DNA of 64,000 bases from Dehalococcoidia bacterium (lineage in GTDB: Bacteria; Chloroflexota; Dehalococcoidia; Lucifugimonadales; VXLM01), in assembly GCA_965232435.1 (NCBI GenBank), contig CBDDPU010000004.1:2172423-2236422 (forward strand), read 5' to 3'. Shown piece after piece: positions 45,416-55,026 of this stretch (its first letter is position 1; every line of letters starts with the position of its first letter). A program made the position numbers and the translations under genes. The notes beneath the pieces were generated by a model. It had not been told where the DNA came from. It saw only the letters and a list, made by a program, of their open reading frames with translations, and searched no databases.

Positions 45416-46186
45416 CTAAAGCAAGTCCGGCTTCGAGTCCCGTCCCAAAACGATCATGGCCGCCATGTATCCCGCGCCAAACCCATTGTCGATATTGACG
45501 ACTGAAACGCCGGGAGCGCAGCTGTTCAACATTGCCAGGAGCGCCGCAAGCCCATCGAAACTCGAACCGTAGCCGATGCTCGTAGGCACCGCAATGACCG
45601 GCGCTCGCACGAGTCCCCCGACTACTGACGCAAGAGCCCCCTCCATACCCGCCACAACGACCACCACTTCCGCCTTGGCGATGGTTGGCATCTCCGCGAA
45701 CAGCCGGTGGATACCGGCGACTCCCACATCAACCACCCGTTCAACTCGACATCCCATGATCTCTGCGGTAACCGCCGCCTCTGCCGCCACCGGCAAGTCG
45801 GAAGTTCCCGCGCTGGCGACGACCACACCGGGCTTGGGTTCTCCTCCCTCATTTCGATCGACGGTGATCGTCTGAGAAGTCTCGTCGAATACGGCATCGG
45901 GTACGACTTCGCGCACGGCCCGGTATGCTTCCTCTGTCGTCTTCGTTACCAGTAGCCGATCCGAACGTTTCAGCAAGACCTCGGCCAGTCTTCCGACTTG
46001 CTCCGGCGTCTTGCCAAGTCCAAAGACAACTTCGGGAAACCCCTTGCGAACCGCCCGATGATGATCGACCTTGGCAAATCCGATATCCTCGAATGAAGAG
46101 GCCGAGATTTCCGCGACAACCTCATCCGCAGAAAGACGACCTGATCTGAAATCATCGAGGAGTTCGTACAGCTGGCGCGTTTGCAT
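45416..46186 (-). CDS. larB: Nickel-pincer cofactor biosynthesis protein LarB (PurE-like carboxylase/hydrolase)
   Basis: N-terminal helical region plus a PurE-like core: VVVASAGTSDLPVA.EA, VAGMEGALASVVGGL...PVIAVPTS.GYG. Confidence 0.7.
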   Translation of the reverse strand: MQTRQLYELLDDFRSGRLSADEVVAEISASSFEDIGFAKVDHHRAVRKGFPEVVFGLGKTPEQVGRLAEVLLKRSDRLLVTKTTEEAYRAVREVVPDAVFDETSQTITVDRNEGGEPKPGVVVASAGTSDLPVAAEAAVTAEIMGCRVERVVDVGVAGIHRLFAEMPTIAKAEVVVVVAGMEGALASVVGGLVRAPVIAVPTSIGYGSSFDGLAALLAMLNSCAPGVSVVNIDNGFGAGYMAAMIVLGRDSKPDLL

Positions 46187-46216
46187 GGCGGAGTCGGTAA
46201 TCGACGCAGACGAGGT

Positions 46217-47890
46217 CTACACCGTCCCGTCGATAACCACGTCCAGCACAGCCGGCTTACCCGACGCGAGGGCGCTGTCGATCTCCGGGGCAATGTCCGC
46301 CGGGTCCTCAATTTTCCGCCCGCGCACACCCATCGCCTCAGCGATGCCTGCAATATCGAACGGTATCGGAAAGTCCATTCCAATATACTTGCTCACCGGG
46401 TTTTCTTGTCCCTCGATCAGTGTCTTATACGCGTTCATATTGATCTTGAGCACCCGATAAGCTCCATTGTTGCAGATCACATACACCACCGGAATATCGT
46501 AGACCGCCGCAGTCCAAAGGCCCTGAACCGTCATCATCGCGCTGCCGTCGCCCAAAATGCCCACGACCGGCCGATCTGGATGCGCCAACTTGACTCCGAG
46601 CGTCCCACCCATTCCCCATCCGAGGGCCCCGCCCCTCCCCGCATAAAAGCTCTGCGGCTCCTCGAACCGGAACGCTTGATGAACCGCTTCCCGCGCCGTT
46701 ACCGAATCGTCTGCGATAATGGCGTCTTCCGGCACGGCCTGCGCGATCTCGAACGCCATTCGTTCTCTTGTCATCGGCGAATCGTTCCACCGGGCGCAAA
46801 GCTGCCGTTCCCACGCCGAGCGACGCGCTTTCGTTTCTTCCTCAAGCACCGCGGCCCTACCCTTCGCGGCCTCTCGTGCGCTGCCGGACATTCCGGCGTC
46901 CAACGCCTCGGCGAGATCGGACAGCGTGACCTTAGGATCCACCACGATCCCAACTTCCGTCCTCTGCGTCGTCCCAACCTGCGTCGGGTCGGTGTCCACG
47001 TGGATCAATTTCGTATTCGGCCCGAAGTAGTCCAGGCGCGGCTTCGAGAACATGTAGTACCCCGTCGCCATCTTGCCTACAAGCAGCACAGCATCCGCCC
47101 TGTTCAGCGTCTCCTCCGCCTCAGGATATGCCAGGCGAATCGGTCCGAAAAACTGCGGGTGGCTCTCCGGGAAGTTGAACTCCGAGTGCATGATCGTCGT
47201 GTGGACGGGACATCCCAGCAGTTCAGCGACTTGCACGGCCTCGTCAGACGCTCCTGACTGAGCGATCCGGTCGCTAATGATCATGAGCGGATTGGACGCC
47301 CCGGCCAGGATGCCAGCCGCCTTCTCTATTGCCTGATTATCCGGCGCGGTTCGATGGTAGCCCTCAGGTGACGCAAAGATGTCCACGTCGGCCTCGTTAT
47401 CCATTGAGTTCGCCGAAAATCCCACGAATGTCGGCCCCGTCGGCGGCGTCCTCGCCTCGTTGAACGCCCTGCGCAGAAAGAACGGCACCTGCTCGGGATA
47501 CGTGGCCTCCGCAGTCCATTTCGTGAACTGCCCAACCATCGCCGCCAAATCCGTCCGCTCGTGGGCCAGTTCCCGGATATCCTTGTTCCCCGCCGTGACC
47601 ACCATCGGAGACCCGCCCTCGCGTGCGTTGTGCAGCAGGCTGATGGCATTCGCGAGGCCTGTCTCGATGTGCAGGTTGAGAAACGACGGCTTCCCCGCTG
47701 CCCGCCCATAGGAATCAGCCATCCCGACCGCGACACCCTCCTGCGTCACCAACACGTACTCCAGGTCAGGATAACCCTCGATCGCGTCCATCATCGCGCT
47801 CTCACTCGTCCCCGGATTCCCAAAGACGTACTTAACCCCCTCCGCCCGAAGCATCTCCATCATCGCGCGCTTACCGCTCATCACTGTCAT
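46217..47890 (-). CDS. Thiamine-pyrophosphate-dependent enzyme (acetolactate synthase/benzoylformate decarboxylase family)
   Basis: Start trimmed to the ATG at 47890 (GGAG SD). GVKYVFGNPGTSE and GDGSAMM...L.TA......V.NNG.Y (TPP-binding motif). Confidence 0.8.
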   Translation of the reverse strand: MTVMSGKRAMMEMLRAEGVKYVFGNPGTSESAMMDAIEGYPDLEYVLVTQEGVAVGMADSYGRAAGKPSFLNLHIETGLANAISLLHNAREGGSPMVVTAGNKDIRELAHERTDLAAMVGQFTKWTAEATYPEQVPFFLRRAFNEARTPPTGPTFVGFSANSMDNEADVDIFASPEGYHRTAPDNQAIEKAAGILAGASNPLMIISDRIAQSGASDEAVQVAELLGCPVHTTIMHSEFNFPESHPQFFGPIRLAYPEAEETLNRADAVLLVGKMATGYYMFSKPRLDYFGPNTKLIHVDTDPTQVGTTQRTEVGIVVDPKVTLSDLAEALDAGMSGSAREAAKGRAAVLEEETKARRSAWERQLCARWNDSPMTRERMAFEIAQAVPEDAIIADDSVTAREAVHQAFRFEEPQSFYAGRGGALGWGMGGTLGVKLAHPDRPVVGILGDGSAMMTVQGLWTAAVYDIPVVYVICNNGAYRVLKINMNAYKTLIEGQENPVSKYIGMDFPIPFDIAGIAEAMGVRGRKIEDPADIAPEIDSALASGKPAVLDVVIDGTV

Positions 47891-48067
47891 ACGAACGTTA
47901 CTCCATTCGGCAAATTGATCCACCGTCAATCTTCTGTCGGCGAATCTGGAGATCCCTTTAAGAATGAACTGTGGCCCAATGCTACCACAGCGGATGCCCT
48001 CATGCCCCCTCCCTTTACCCCACAACCCCCGTGTGGCACACTGCGTCCCCAACGGAGGCCACCCAGT

Positions 48068-49486
48068 ATGACAATTGAAATCGGAACGACCCCACAGCTC
48101 TTCATCGACGACCTGATAATCGACGATACTCACGCTCTCACGACCACTCTGCACCAACCCGCCAAATACGCAGGCAACCCCGTCATGTCCCCACTCTACC
48201 CTTGGGAAGGACGGCTCGCCCTCTACGGCACGGTCTGGAGAAACGAGGAAACCGGTCGCTTTCGCATGTGGTATCAGGGCTATGGCGGCATGGGCATCCC
48301 TCGCATGGGCGACGACACCAGCGACTCCCCATGGAGAGGCTTCGACGCTCGCAACCTCCTCTATACCATCGGCTACGCCACCTCAAACGACGGCGTCTTT
48401 TGGGAACGACCAAATCTCGGCCTCGTCGAGTATGAAGGCTCCCGTGACACCAATCTCGTAATGCTGGACGCCGCGTACGCCAACATCATAGAAGACCCGC
48501 GCGATCCCGACCCCGACCGCCTCTACAAATCACTCTTCTTCGAGGCACGCGACCCCGCCGGCACTCCAAACATGGGCGACGGCGTCTCCGTAGCCTTCTC
48601 CCCCGACGGCCTCCGCTGGACAAAGTACCACGGCAACCCTGTCATCACTCGGTCGAGCGACTCGCACACCCTACTCGGCTGGGACGATCTTCACGGCAAA
48701 TACGTCTCCTTCGCCCGTCCCTCCGTCCATGAAGGAAACAAAACACGACGAATTGGCCGCTCCACTAGCGACGACTTTACGAACTGGACCGTCCCGGAGG
48801 ACGTGCTCGCTCCCGACGATGAGGACCCTCCCGGCCTCGAGTTCTACGGTATGCCCGTATTCAAATACCAGGATCTCTATATCGGCCAGCTCCTCGCCTA
48901 CCACACGCCGCCGGAGGAACCGCAGATTAGGTTCATGGGCACTATCGACGTTCAACTCGCTGCCAGCCGCGATGGCATTGACTGGCAGCGAGTTGGCGAC
49001 AGAAAGCCGTTTATACCGAATGGACCGCCCGGAAGCATCGACACCGGCGAAATATACATGGCCCGAAGCCCTGTCGTCGTCAATGATGAACTCTGGTTCT
49101 ACTATTCGGTTTGCGCACTCGAACACGGCATTACCGGACGCAGCGGCCCCCTCTGCTTGGCTAAACTGAGGCTCGACGGCTTTGTCTCCATGGATGCAGG
49201 CGGCGAGATGGGCGCCCTCATAACCCAGCCCTTCCGAGTGGACGGCGACGAACTCTCGATCAACGTCGCGGCGCGCGGCGGCTCCGTCGCCGCTGCCGTC
49301 CTTGACGAGCATGGAATACAGTACGAAGGCTTTTCACGAGCCGACTGCGCTCTGTTCGATGGCGACTCGGTAAACCACCGCCTCACCTGGCGCACCAAGA
49401 CTTCCCTCGAAGAACTGCGAGGCCGTCCCGCAAGGCTCAAGTTCTACTTGCGCAACGCCCAGTTGTACTCCTTTTCGGTAAGCTGA
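48068..49486 (+). CDS. Hypothetical protein, GH32/GH43-like beta-propeller plus beta-sandwich (paralog of 11169-12548)
   Basis: Start trimmed to MTIEIGTTPQLFIDD. PWEG, FRMWYQGYG, ATSNDGVFWERPNLG and a C-terminal LRLDGFVS block. Confidence 0.4.
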   Translation: MTIEIGTTPQLFIDDLIIDDTHALTTTLHQPAKYAGNPVMSPLYPWEGRLALYGTVWRNEETGRFRMWYQGYGGMGIPRMGDDTSDSPWRGFDARNLLYTIGYATSNDGVFWERPNLGLVEYEGSRDTNLVMLDAAYANIIEDPRDPDPDRLYKSLFFEARDPAGTPNMGDGVSVAFSPDGLRWTKYHGNPVITRSSDSHTLLGWDDLHGKYVSFARPSVHEGNKTRRIGRSTSDDFTNWTVPEDVLAPDDEDPPGLEFYGMPVFKYQDLYIGQLLAYHTPPEEPQIRFMGTIDVQLAASRDGIDWQRVGDRKPFIPNGPPGSIDTGEIYMARSPVVVNDELWFYYSVCALEHGITGRSGPLCLAKLRLDGFVSMDAGGEMGALITQPFRVDGDELSINVAARGGSVAAAVLDEHGIQYEGFSRADCALFDGDSVNHRLTWRTKTSLEELRGRPARLKFYLRNAQLYSFSVS

Positions 49487-49488
49487 AC

Positions 49489-50517
49489 ATGACCGAAGTG
49501 AACCGCTTCGTCTTCATCCCCCTCACCGCCGAAAGAAAATTCCTCGTATTCGCCATGGACGGCGAGACGGGGAAACTCACCCTCAAGCACGACCTCGATC
49601 TTCCGGCTCACCCCTGGCAGCTCTGCATCTCGCCCGACCGGCGATTCCTCTATCAGCAGGTTCGGGACGACGGCTACAGCGGCGTATTGTCGTTCCGAAT
49701 CGACTCGGATACGGGCGGTGTATCGCAGATCGGCGAGGTCGAGTTAGAAGCCGACGCCTGCTACGTATCGACCGACAAGACGGGAGGCTTCCTCTTCGCA
49801 GCCTACCTGCTCCCCGGCATGGTGACCGTCCACCGAATCAACCCGGAAGGCGCGGCTCGGGGCCACGGCGTAGACCGACGGCTCACTGACCTGTACGCCC
49901 ACTGCATCACGACCGATAACTCCAACCGCTTCGCCTTCGTCCCTCACGTCACCCCCACAGACGCCATCTACGGCTTCAGGTTCGACGAAACGACCGGAAG
50001 GCTCACTCCCTGTGACCCACCCAATCTTGACACACCCACCGGACACGGCCCTCGCCACCTCGCCCACCACCCAACCCTTGACATCGTGTACGCCAACGCC
50101 GAGCAGGCCTCCCACGTCACCGTCTACCGCCTCGACCCCTCCGGCGGCGCACTCCAGCCCATTCAGTCCCTCTCTACCCTGCCCGACAAAGGCCTTGATG
50201 ACCTAAACAGCACCGCCAGCGTCAGAGTCCACCCCTCCGGCAAAACCGTCTATGTCTCCAACCGTGGCCACGACAGCATCGCCGTCTTCACCGTTGACCC
50301 GACAACCGGACTCTTAACGGCTGCCGGCCATTCGCGAACGGAGGAATGTCCCAGACCCTTCGGAATTCACCCCGACGGTCGATTCTTATACGCGGGCAGC
50401 GACCACTCAGGCAAGGTCACCTCGCACAGAGTCGACGCCAACGGTCTGCTCCACCGCCTTGACGCTTACCAGCTAGGCATGTGGCCGTCCTGGGTGCTGC
50501 CAGTGAATCTTCCATAG
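49489..50517 (+). CDS. Lactonase family seven-bladed beta-propeller protein (6-phosphogluconolactonase-like)
   Basis: GPRH...HP......YV.NE, HPSGKTVYVSNRGHDSIAVF and HPDGRFLY repeats. Confidence 0.7.
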   Translation: MTEVNRFVFIPLTAERKFLVFAMDGETGKLTLKHDLDLPAHPWQLCISPDRRFLYQQVRDDGYSGVLSFRIDSDTGGVSQIGEVELEADACYVSTDKTGGFLFAAYLLPGMVTVHRINPEGAARGHGVDRRLTDLYAHCITTDNSNRFAFVPHVTPTDAIYGFRFDETTGRLTPCDPPNLDTPTGHGPRHLAHHPTLDIVYANAEQASHVTVYRLDPSGGALQPIQSLSTLPDKGLDDLNSTASVRVHPSGKTVYVSNRGHDSIAVFTVDPTTGLLTAAGHSRTEECPRPFGIHPDGRFLYAGSDHSGKVTSHRVDANGLLHRLDAYQLGMWPSWVLPVNLP

Positions 50518-50562
50518 CTCAATCTCAACAATTAACGATGCGCATTCTCAGGAGACTCGCAT

Positions 50563-51369
50563 ATGAACATCACCGAATTCACCATCGATTCGCGAGGCGA
50601 GGAAGTCGACTGCTGGCTCGTTTCTCCCGATCCCTCAAAGACCGGCGATCGCTCCGCCTTGCTTCTGAACATCAGCGCCACGCGACAATTCGCCATCCAC
50701 GACCCGGGGCAGAACCACCCGACAAAGCCGTTCTTGGATGCCGGCCACCACGTCCTCACCTTCGATCTCCCTCACCACGGCGACAGAAGCATCAGAGACC
50801 TCATTGAGAACGTCCCGCCTGGCGCGGCGAATGGGAACATCAGGGCGATGAGCAAAGCCTTCACTGCCGGCAGTGACCCCTTCCAGCAGTTCATCGCCGA
50901 CGGAAAAGCAGCCATCGATGGTTGCCTCGAAAGAGGTTGGGCAGGAAATGGCATGATCGTCGGATACGGCGTGTCAAGGGCAGCCTACTGTCTCCTCCGC
51001 CTTGCCGCAACCGAACCTCGCGTTCGGGCCGTAGCCGGTCTATCGCCCGTCACGGATTGGGCAATCCTGCCCGAGTTTGCCGATCACGCCGACTCGACCC
51101 AGACTTCTCAATTGCACATCGAGAATTGGAGTGAGCAACTGGCCGACCGAGCCGTCTATTTTGCTATCGGCAGCCAAGACGATATCGTGAGTACCGAAAC
51201 TTGCGTCCGTTTCGCAATGAAGCTCTTCGACCTACAGCGAAGGGTTCTTCCAAAACGCACCTTGCTTAATCAACTCCACGTCGTCGACACTCCCTCCCAC
51301 TCTCCCAGCCTCCATTGGCGACTTGACGCCACCCGCTTCCTGTTGGATTTTTGCGATACGGCACGATGA
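50563..51369 (+). CDS. Alpha/beta hydrolase fold protein (dienelactone hydrolase/S9-like)
   Basis: Candidate nucleophile elbow GYGVSRA, acid in GSQDDIV and His in TPSHSP. The weak motifs keep confidence modest. Confidence 0.5.
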   Translation: MNITEFTIDSRGEEVDCWLVSPDPSKTGDRSALLLNISATRQFAIHDPGQNHPTKPFLDAGHHVLTFDLPHHGDRSIRDLIENVPPGAANGNIRAMSKAFTAGSDPFQQFIADGKAAIDGCLERGWAGNGMIVGYGVSRAAYCLLRLAATEPRVRAVAGLSPVTDWAILPEFADHADSTQTSQLHIENWSEQLADRAVYFAIGSQDDIVSTETCVRFAMKLFDLQRRVLPKRTLLNQLHVVDTPSHSPSLHWRLDATRFLLDFCDTAR

Positions 51370-51672
51370 GAAAGTGAGCGCCGGTTCATTCGATGCGGCA
51401 ACCTGTGAGCCATTTAGATTTTGTCCGGATGTCGCGCCAAGATGACATTCGCTCCCCTCATCAATCCGGTTAACGGCTTCAACACTCCTCAATGATGCAT
51501 AACCTACCTATTGAGCGATGCGGCCGCATTGGATCTTACGGACGAGGGGTCTATTTTAACCTGACATTTTCGGACACGCCTCTTTCAGCTGGGCGGTTTC
51601 ATCGGTCCGAACCGGGTGTTGCACTAGAATAGAATGCATGTTCATTTCGCTGGCCCGTTGAGCGTCAATTGC

Positions 51673-51701
51673 TTGATTCCCATACTCGAAAATACTAAGA
51701 T
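51673..51701 (+). promoter_or_regulatory. Candidate promoter TTGATT-17 nt-TAAGAT for the Cache-repeat lipoprotein gene
   Basis: Hexamers with a 17-nt spacer, 83 nt upstream of the ATG at 51784. Confidence 0.3.
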
Positions 51702-51783
51702 GTTTACAGGTGGCTCTATGATACTGTTTCTCACTTACGAGCCGCCGCTTCAGCGTTGCGTAGCGTTACCAAGGAGACTCCTC

Positions 51784-53958
51784 ATGATCGAAAAGCCATG
51801 TATGACAGTTGCGGCAGCTATCCTGTCCATTGTTGCAGGCGCGTTGCTGGTCGCCTGCGGGGATGATGGTCTCTCCCGTTCGGACGTTCAGCAAATCGTG
51901 CAGTCCGAGATAGCAAACATCCCCACCCCCGTACCTCAAGAAACCTCTCGTGAGCAAATAGAAGAAATCGTACAGGAACTCATGGTTGAGGATCCTGACG
52001 AGGAGACATCCGACGGCGCGGACATATTCATACCCCGCAAGTCGTCTCCCGACCAATACACGCAATACCTTGTTAACGAGGCCATCGATATGTATGAGTC
52101 CGAAGGCCTTGATGCGACCGTCGCCTACTACAACACCAACGACAGCATCGACGGCCAATGGTACGTGTTCATCTCCGACGAGGATGACATCATAGTCGCC
52201 CATGCCGCAAACCCCGACCTCGTCAACCGGCCCGCCTCTTCCGTCACCGGCCCCAATGAATTTCCTAGCGGCGCGGCCGTCGCCGCGGCCGCCGACGAAG
52301 ATGGCGAATGGCTCTCATACACCTTCACTAACCCCGCCACCGGCGGATCGGAGACCAAGCACTCATGGCTTGTGCGTTACGATGGGCTCCTCTTTGGATC
52401 GGGATGGTATGAACCAGGGCCCAGCAAATCCGATGCCCCTGCCTATACGCAATCATTCGTCCAACAGTCCATTAACCTCTACGATGCCGTCGGCCTAGAA
52501 GAAACCGTCGCCTACTACAACCGCAAGGAGAGCATCGACGGCCAATGGTACGTGTTCATCTCCGACGAGGATGACATCATAATCGCTCATGCCGCAAACC
52601 CCGAACTCGTCAACACAGCCGCCTCTTCCGTCACCGGCCCCAATGAATTTCCTAGCGGCGCGGCCGTCGCCGCGGTCGCCGACGAAGATGGCGAATGGCT
52701 CTCATACACCTTCACTAACCCCGCCACCGGCGGATCGGAGACCAAGCACTCATGGCTTGTGCGTTACGATGGGCTCCTCTTTGGATCGGGCTGGTATGAA
52801 CCAGGTCCTAGCAAATCCGATGCCCCTGCCTATACGCAATCATTCGTCCAACAGTCCATTAACCTCTACGATGCCGTCGGCCTAGAAGAAACCGTCGCCT
52901 ACTACAACCGCAAGGAGAGCATCGACGGCCAATGGTACGTGTTCATCTCCGACGAGGATGACATCATAATCGCCCATGCCGCAAACCCCGACCTGGTCAA
53001 CACAGCCGCCTCTTCCGTCACAGGCCCCAACGAATTTCCTAGCGGCGCGGCCGTCGCCGCAGTCGCCGACGAAGATGGCGAATGGCTCTCATACACCTTC
53101 ACTAACCCCGCCACCGGCGGATCGGAGACCAAGCACTCATGGCTTGTGCGTTACGATGGGCTCCTCTTTGGATCGGGATGGTATGAACCAGGGCCTAGCA
53201 AATCCGATGCCCCTGCCTATACGCAATCATTCGTCCAACAGTCCATTAACCTCTACGATGCCGTCGGCCTAGAAGAAACCGTCGCCTACTACAACCGCAA
53301 GGAGAGCATCGACGGCCAGTGGTATGTGTTCATCATCGACGAGGACGACTTCATAATCGCTCATGCCGCAATCCCGGATCTCGTCAACCGCCCTGCCTCC
53401 TACGCCACCGGCCCCAACGACTACCCCACCGGCGCGGCTGTCGCCGCAGTGGCCGACGAAGATGGCGAATGGTTCTCATACACCTACCCCAACCCCGCCA
53501 CCGGCGGAGTTGAGACCAAACACTCGTGGACCGTGCGATACGACGGAATCATCTTTGGATCGGGATGGTATGAACCAGGGCCCAGCAAATCCGATGCGCC
53601 GGCTTACACCCAGTCACTCGTAACGCAAGGTATCAGCCTCTATGGGGCCCTCGGACTTGACGCTGCGATTGAATATTACAGTTCCGAGGAGAGCCGAGAC
53701 GGTCCTTGGTACGTGTTCATCATCGGTGAGGACGGATACACGGTTGCGCACCCCAACCCCATGTTTATCGGGCGGGATCCAAGCCTGCGGATAGACGCCG
53801 CCGGCTACTTCTACGGCGACGACTTGCTCGGTGCCACGGAAAACGGCCGATGGATCCACTACGTACTGGAAAACCCCGCATCGGAACAGGACCGACAGAA
53901 ACACAGCTGGATTGTGTTCCACGATGGGTTCTACTTCGGCTCCGGCTGGTACGAGTAG
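51784..53958 (+). CDS. Lipoprotein with five tandem single-Cache (PDC-fold)-like domains and no output domain
   Basis: Start at the ATG at 51784 (AAGGAG 7 nt upstream). Signal peptide plus lipobox LVAC. Five 129-aa units each carry DGQWYVF..DED..I.AHA..P.LV, G.....A......DEDGEW.SYT..NPATGG.ETKHSW.VRYDG..FGSGWY. Confidence 0.6.
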   Translation: MIEKPCMTVAAAILSIVAGALLVACGDDGLSRSDVQQIVQSEIANIPTPVPQETSREQIEEIVQELMVEDPDEETSDGADIFIPRKSSPDQYTQYLVNEAIDMYESEGLDATVAYYNTNDSIDGQWYVFISDEDDIIVAHAANPDLVNRPASSVTGPNEFPSGAAVAAAADEDGEWLSYTFTNPATGGSETKHSWLVRYDGLLFGSGWYEPGPSKSDAPAYTQSFVQQSINLYDAVGLEETVAYYNRKESIDGQWYVFISDEDDIIIAHAANPELVNTAASSVTGPNEFPSGAAVAAVADEDGEWLSYTFTNPATGGSETKHSWLVRYDGLLFGSGWYEPGPSKSDAPAYTQSFVQQSINLYDAVGLEETVAYYNRKESIDGQWYVFISDEDDIIIAHAANPDLVNTAASSVTGPNEFPSGAAVAAVADEDGEWLSYTFTNPATGGSETKHSWLVRYDGLLFGSGWYEPGPSKSDAPAYTQSFVQQSINLYDAVGLEETVAYYNRKESIDGQWYVFIIDEDDFIIAHAAIPDLVNRPASYATGPNDYPTGAAVAAVADEDGEWFSYTYPNPATGGVETKHSWTVRYDGIIFGSGWYEPGPSKSDAPAYTQSLVTQGISLYGALGLDAAIEYYSSEESRDGPWYVFIIGEDGYTVAHPNPMFIGRDPSLRIDAAGYFYGDDLLGATENGRWIHYVLENPASEQDRQKHSWIVFHDGFYFGSGWYE
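52054..53958 (+). repeat. Five in-frame tandem repeats of 387 bp (units start at 52054, 52441, 52828, 53215, 53602)
   Basis: Exact 387-nt phase between equivalent codons. Units 2 and 3 differ at about 8 positions by eye. The alternative-frame ORFs in the supplied track recur with the same period. Confidence 0.9.
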
Positions 53959-53995
53959 CAAACTCGACGCACGGGGTCTAGAGACTCTTCTTCCT

Positions 53996-54859
53996 TTAGA
54001 CTCCGTGCTTTGCAAGGACGTTTCGAAGGTGGTCGCTCGCCATCCGAACGGCGTCCGGAGTGGAAGTCCGAGTATCGGGGCGCAGTTCGAAGACCATCGA
54101 GATGGCCCCGTTATATCCAGCCTCTTTAAGAATCGCAACGACGCGATCGTAGTCAATCCACTCTTCATATCCATGATCGATACGGTAAATCTTGGCGCGG
54201 ACACACGAGGCATAGGGCGAAACCCGCTCCATGTAGTCGTAAATGTCTACATTGGGGTCGACTTCGCCTATAGGGTTGCCTCCCGGGGAACCCATCCACT
54301 GGCCGCAGTCCATGATGTATGAGAAATTCGGACGGTCGACTTCCTCTATCATTCGGATTACGTCATCCGCCGTCGCGATGGGCGCTCCCCCGTCGTGATT
54401 TTGTACCCCCACAATTATTCCCTTGTCGGCAGCGTAATCGGAGATCTGGCGGAGTCGCTCGATCATCCCCGGCCAGTACTCTTCTATGATTCTGCCATCA
54501 GGAGTCCGCCCCGCGGGCGGGCCGCCGATGCGGAGACGAACCATCGGGGCGCCAAGGGTGGCGGCAGCGTCGACCTCAAGTTTTGCCAGTTCCACGGTCA
54601 TGCGCCCCTTTTGTATCTCGTGACCGAAGAGGCCGCCACCACGCCCAATGTAGCCGATAGGCAACCCGTTCCTATGGCATAACCGCTTGAGACGGGAAAG
54701 ATGAGCAGTATCCATAGGAACGTCGAACAGGTGGAAGTCGATGGTGTCCAGCCGAAGCTCCTGGGCGAAGTCCACAAACTCTTCCATCGACACGAGGTCG
54801 GTATGGTTGCGGTCTCGCTGTCGTACCGCCGGGTCAACGAGACATCCGAGCTTGATCAT
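53996..54859 (-). CDS. Sugar phosphate isomerase/epimerase (xylose isomerase-like TIM barrel)
   Basis: Start trimmed to MIKLGC. The motifs D.IDFH, G....VQNH and a C-terminal E block are consistent with the AP-endonuclease-2/xylose isomerase-like fold. Confidence 0.7.
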   Translation of the reverse strand: MIKLGCLVDPAVRQRDRNHTDLVSMEEFVDFAQELRLDTIDFHLFDVPMDTAHLSRLKRLCHRNGLPIGYIGRGGGLFGHEIQKGRMTVELAKLEVDAAATLGAPMVRLRIGGPPAGRTPDGRIIEEYWPGMIERLRQISDYAADKGIIVGVQNHDGGAPIATADDVIRMIEEVDRPNFSYIMDCGQWMGSPGGNPIGEVDPNVDIYDYMERVSPYASCVRAKIYRIDHGYEEWIDYDRVVAILKEAGYNGAISMVFELRPDTRTSTPDAVRMASDHLRNVLAKHGV

Positions 54860-55026
54860 CTTCCTAGTCTCCTTCCGCGCTGGTATCAGGACTCTCCGGC
54901 CCGAGTGTATCACGACCATCGGCAATAACGGCAAACCCACACCCATGAGAACCACATCATAGGATACGCAGGGTCAAAGTCACTGCCGGATCACGTCTAG
55001 CCCAAATACGGTACGATGGAATCGCT

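Noticed and set aside
46181-47257. 358-aa plus-strand ORF. Similar long ORFs occur at 449-1252, 1497-2114, 23968-24717, 55044-55817, 60239-61036 and 62182-62907.
   Set aside because: All are mirror-frame ORFs opposite genes with clear family signatures (TPP enzyme, membrane protein, TatD, aldolase, methyltransferase, SBP, kinase-like protein). They have an Arg/Pro-rich, low-complexity composition.
47561-48067. N-terminal extensions of track ORFs (47561-48067, 43924-44106, 51634-51783, 47891-48157, 7795-7845, 30157-30351, 39178-39255)
   Set aside because: In each case a downstream start codon has a good SD sequence and coincides with the conserved family N-terminus. The extensions overlap divergent promoters or neighbouring genes.
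52202-53623. Series of 86-98-aa ORFs recurring every 387 nt in an alternative plus frame, together with the 76-aa minus-strand ORFs at 52128-52358 and 52902-53132
   Set aside because: They recur only because the underlying DNA is a tandem repeat of the Cache-unit coding sequence. They are P/S/T-rich off-frame translations, not genes.
52054-53958. Possible CRISPR-like or satellite array
   Set aside because: The repeats are 387 bp long, contiguous without spacers, in frame and coding for a folded domain. No cas genes are present.
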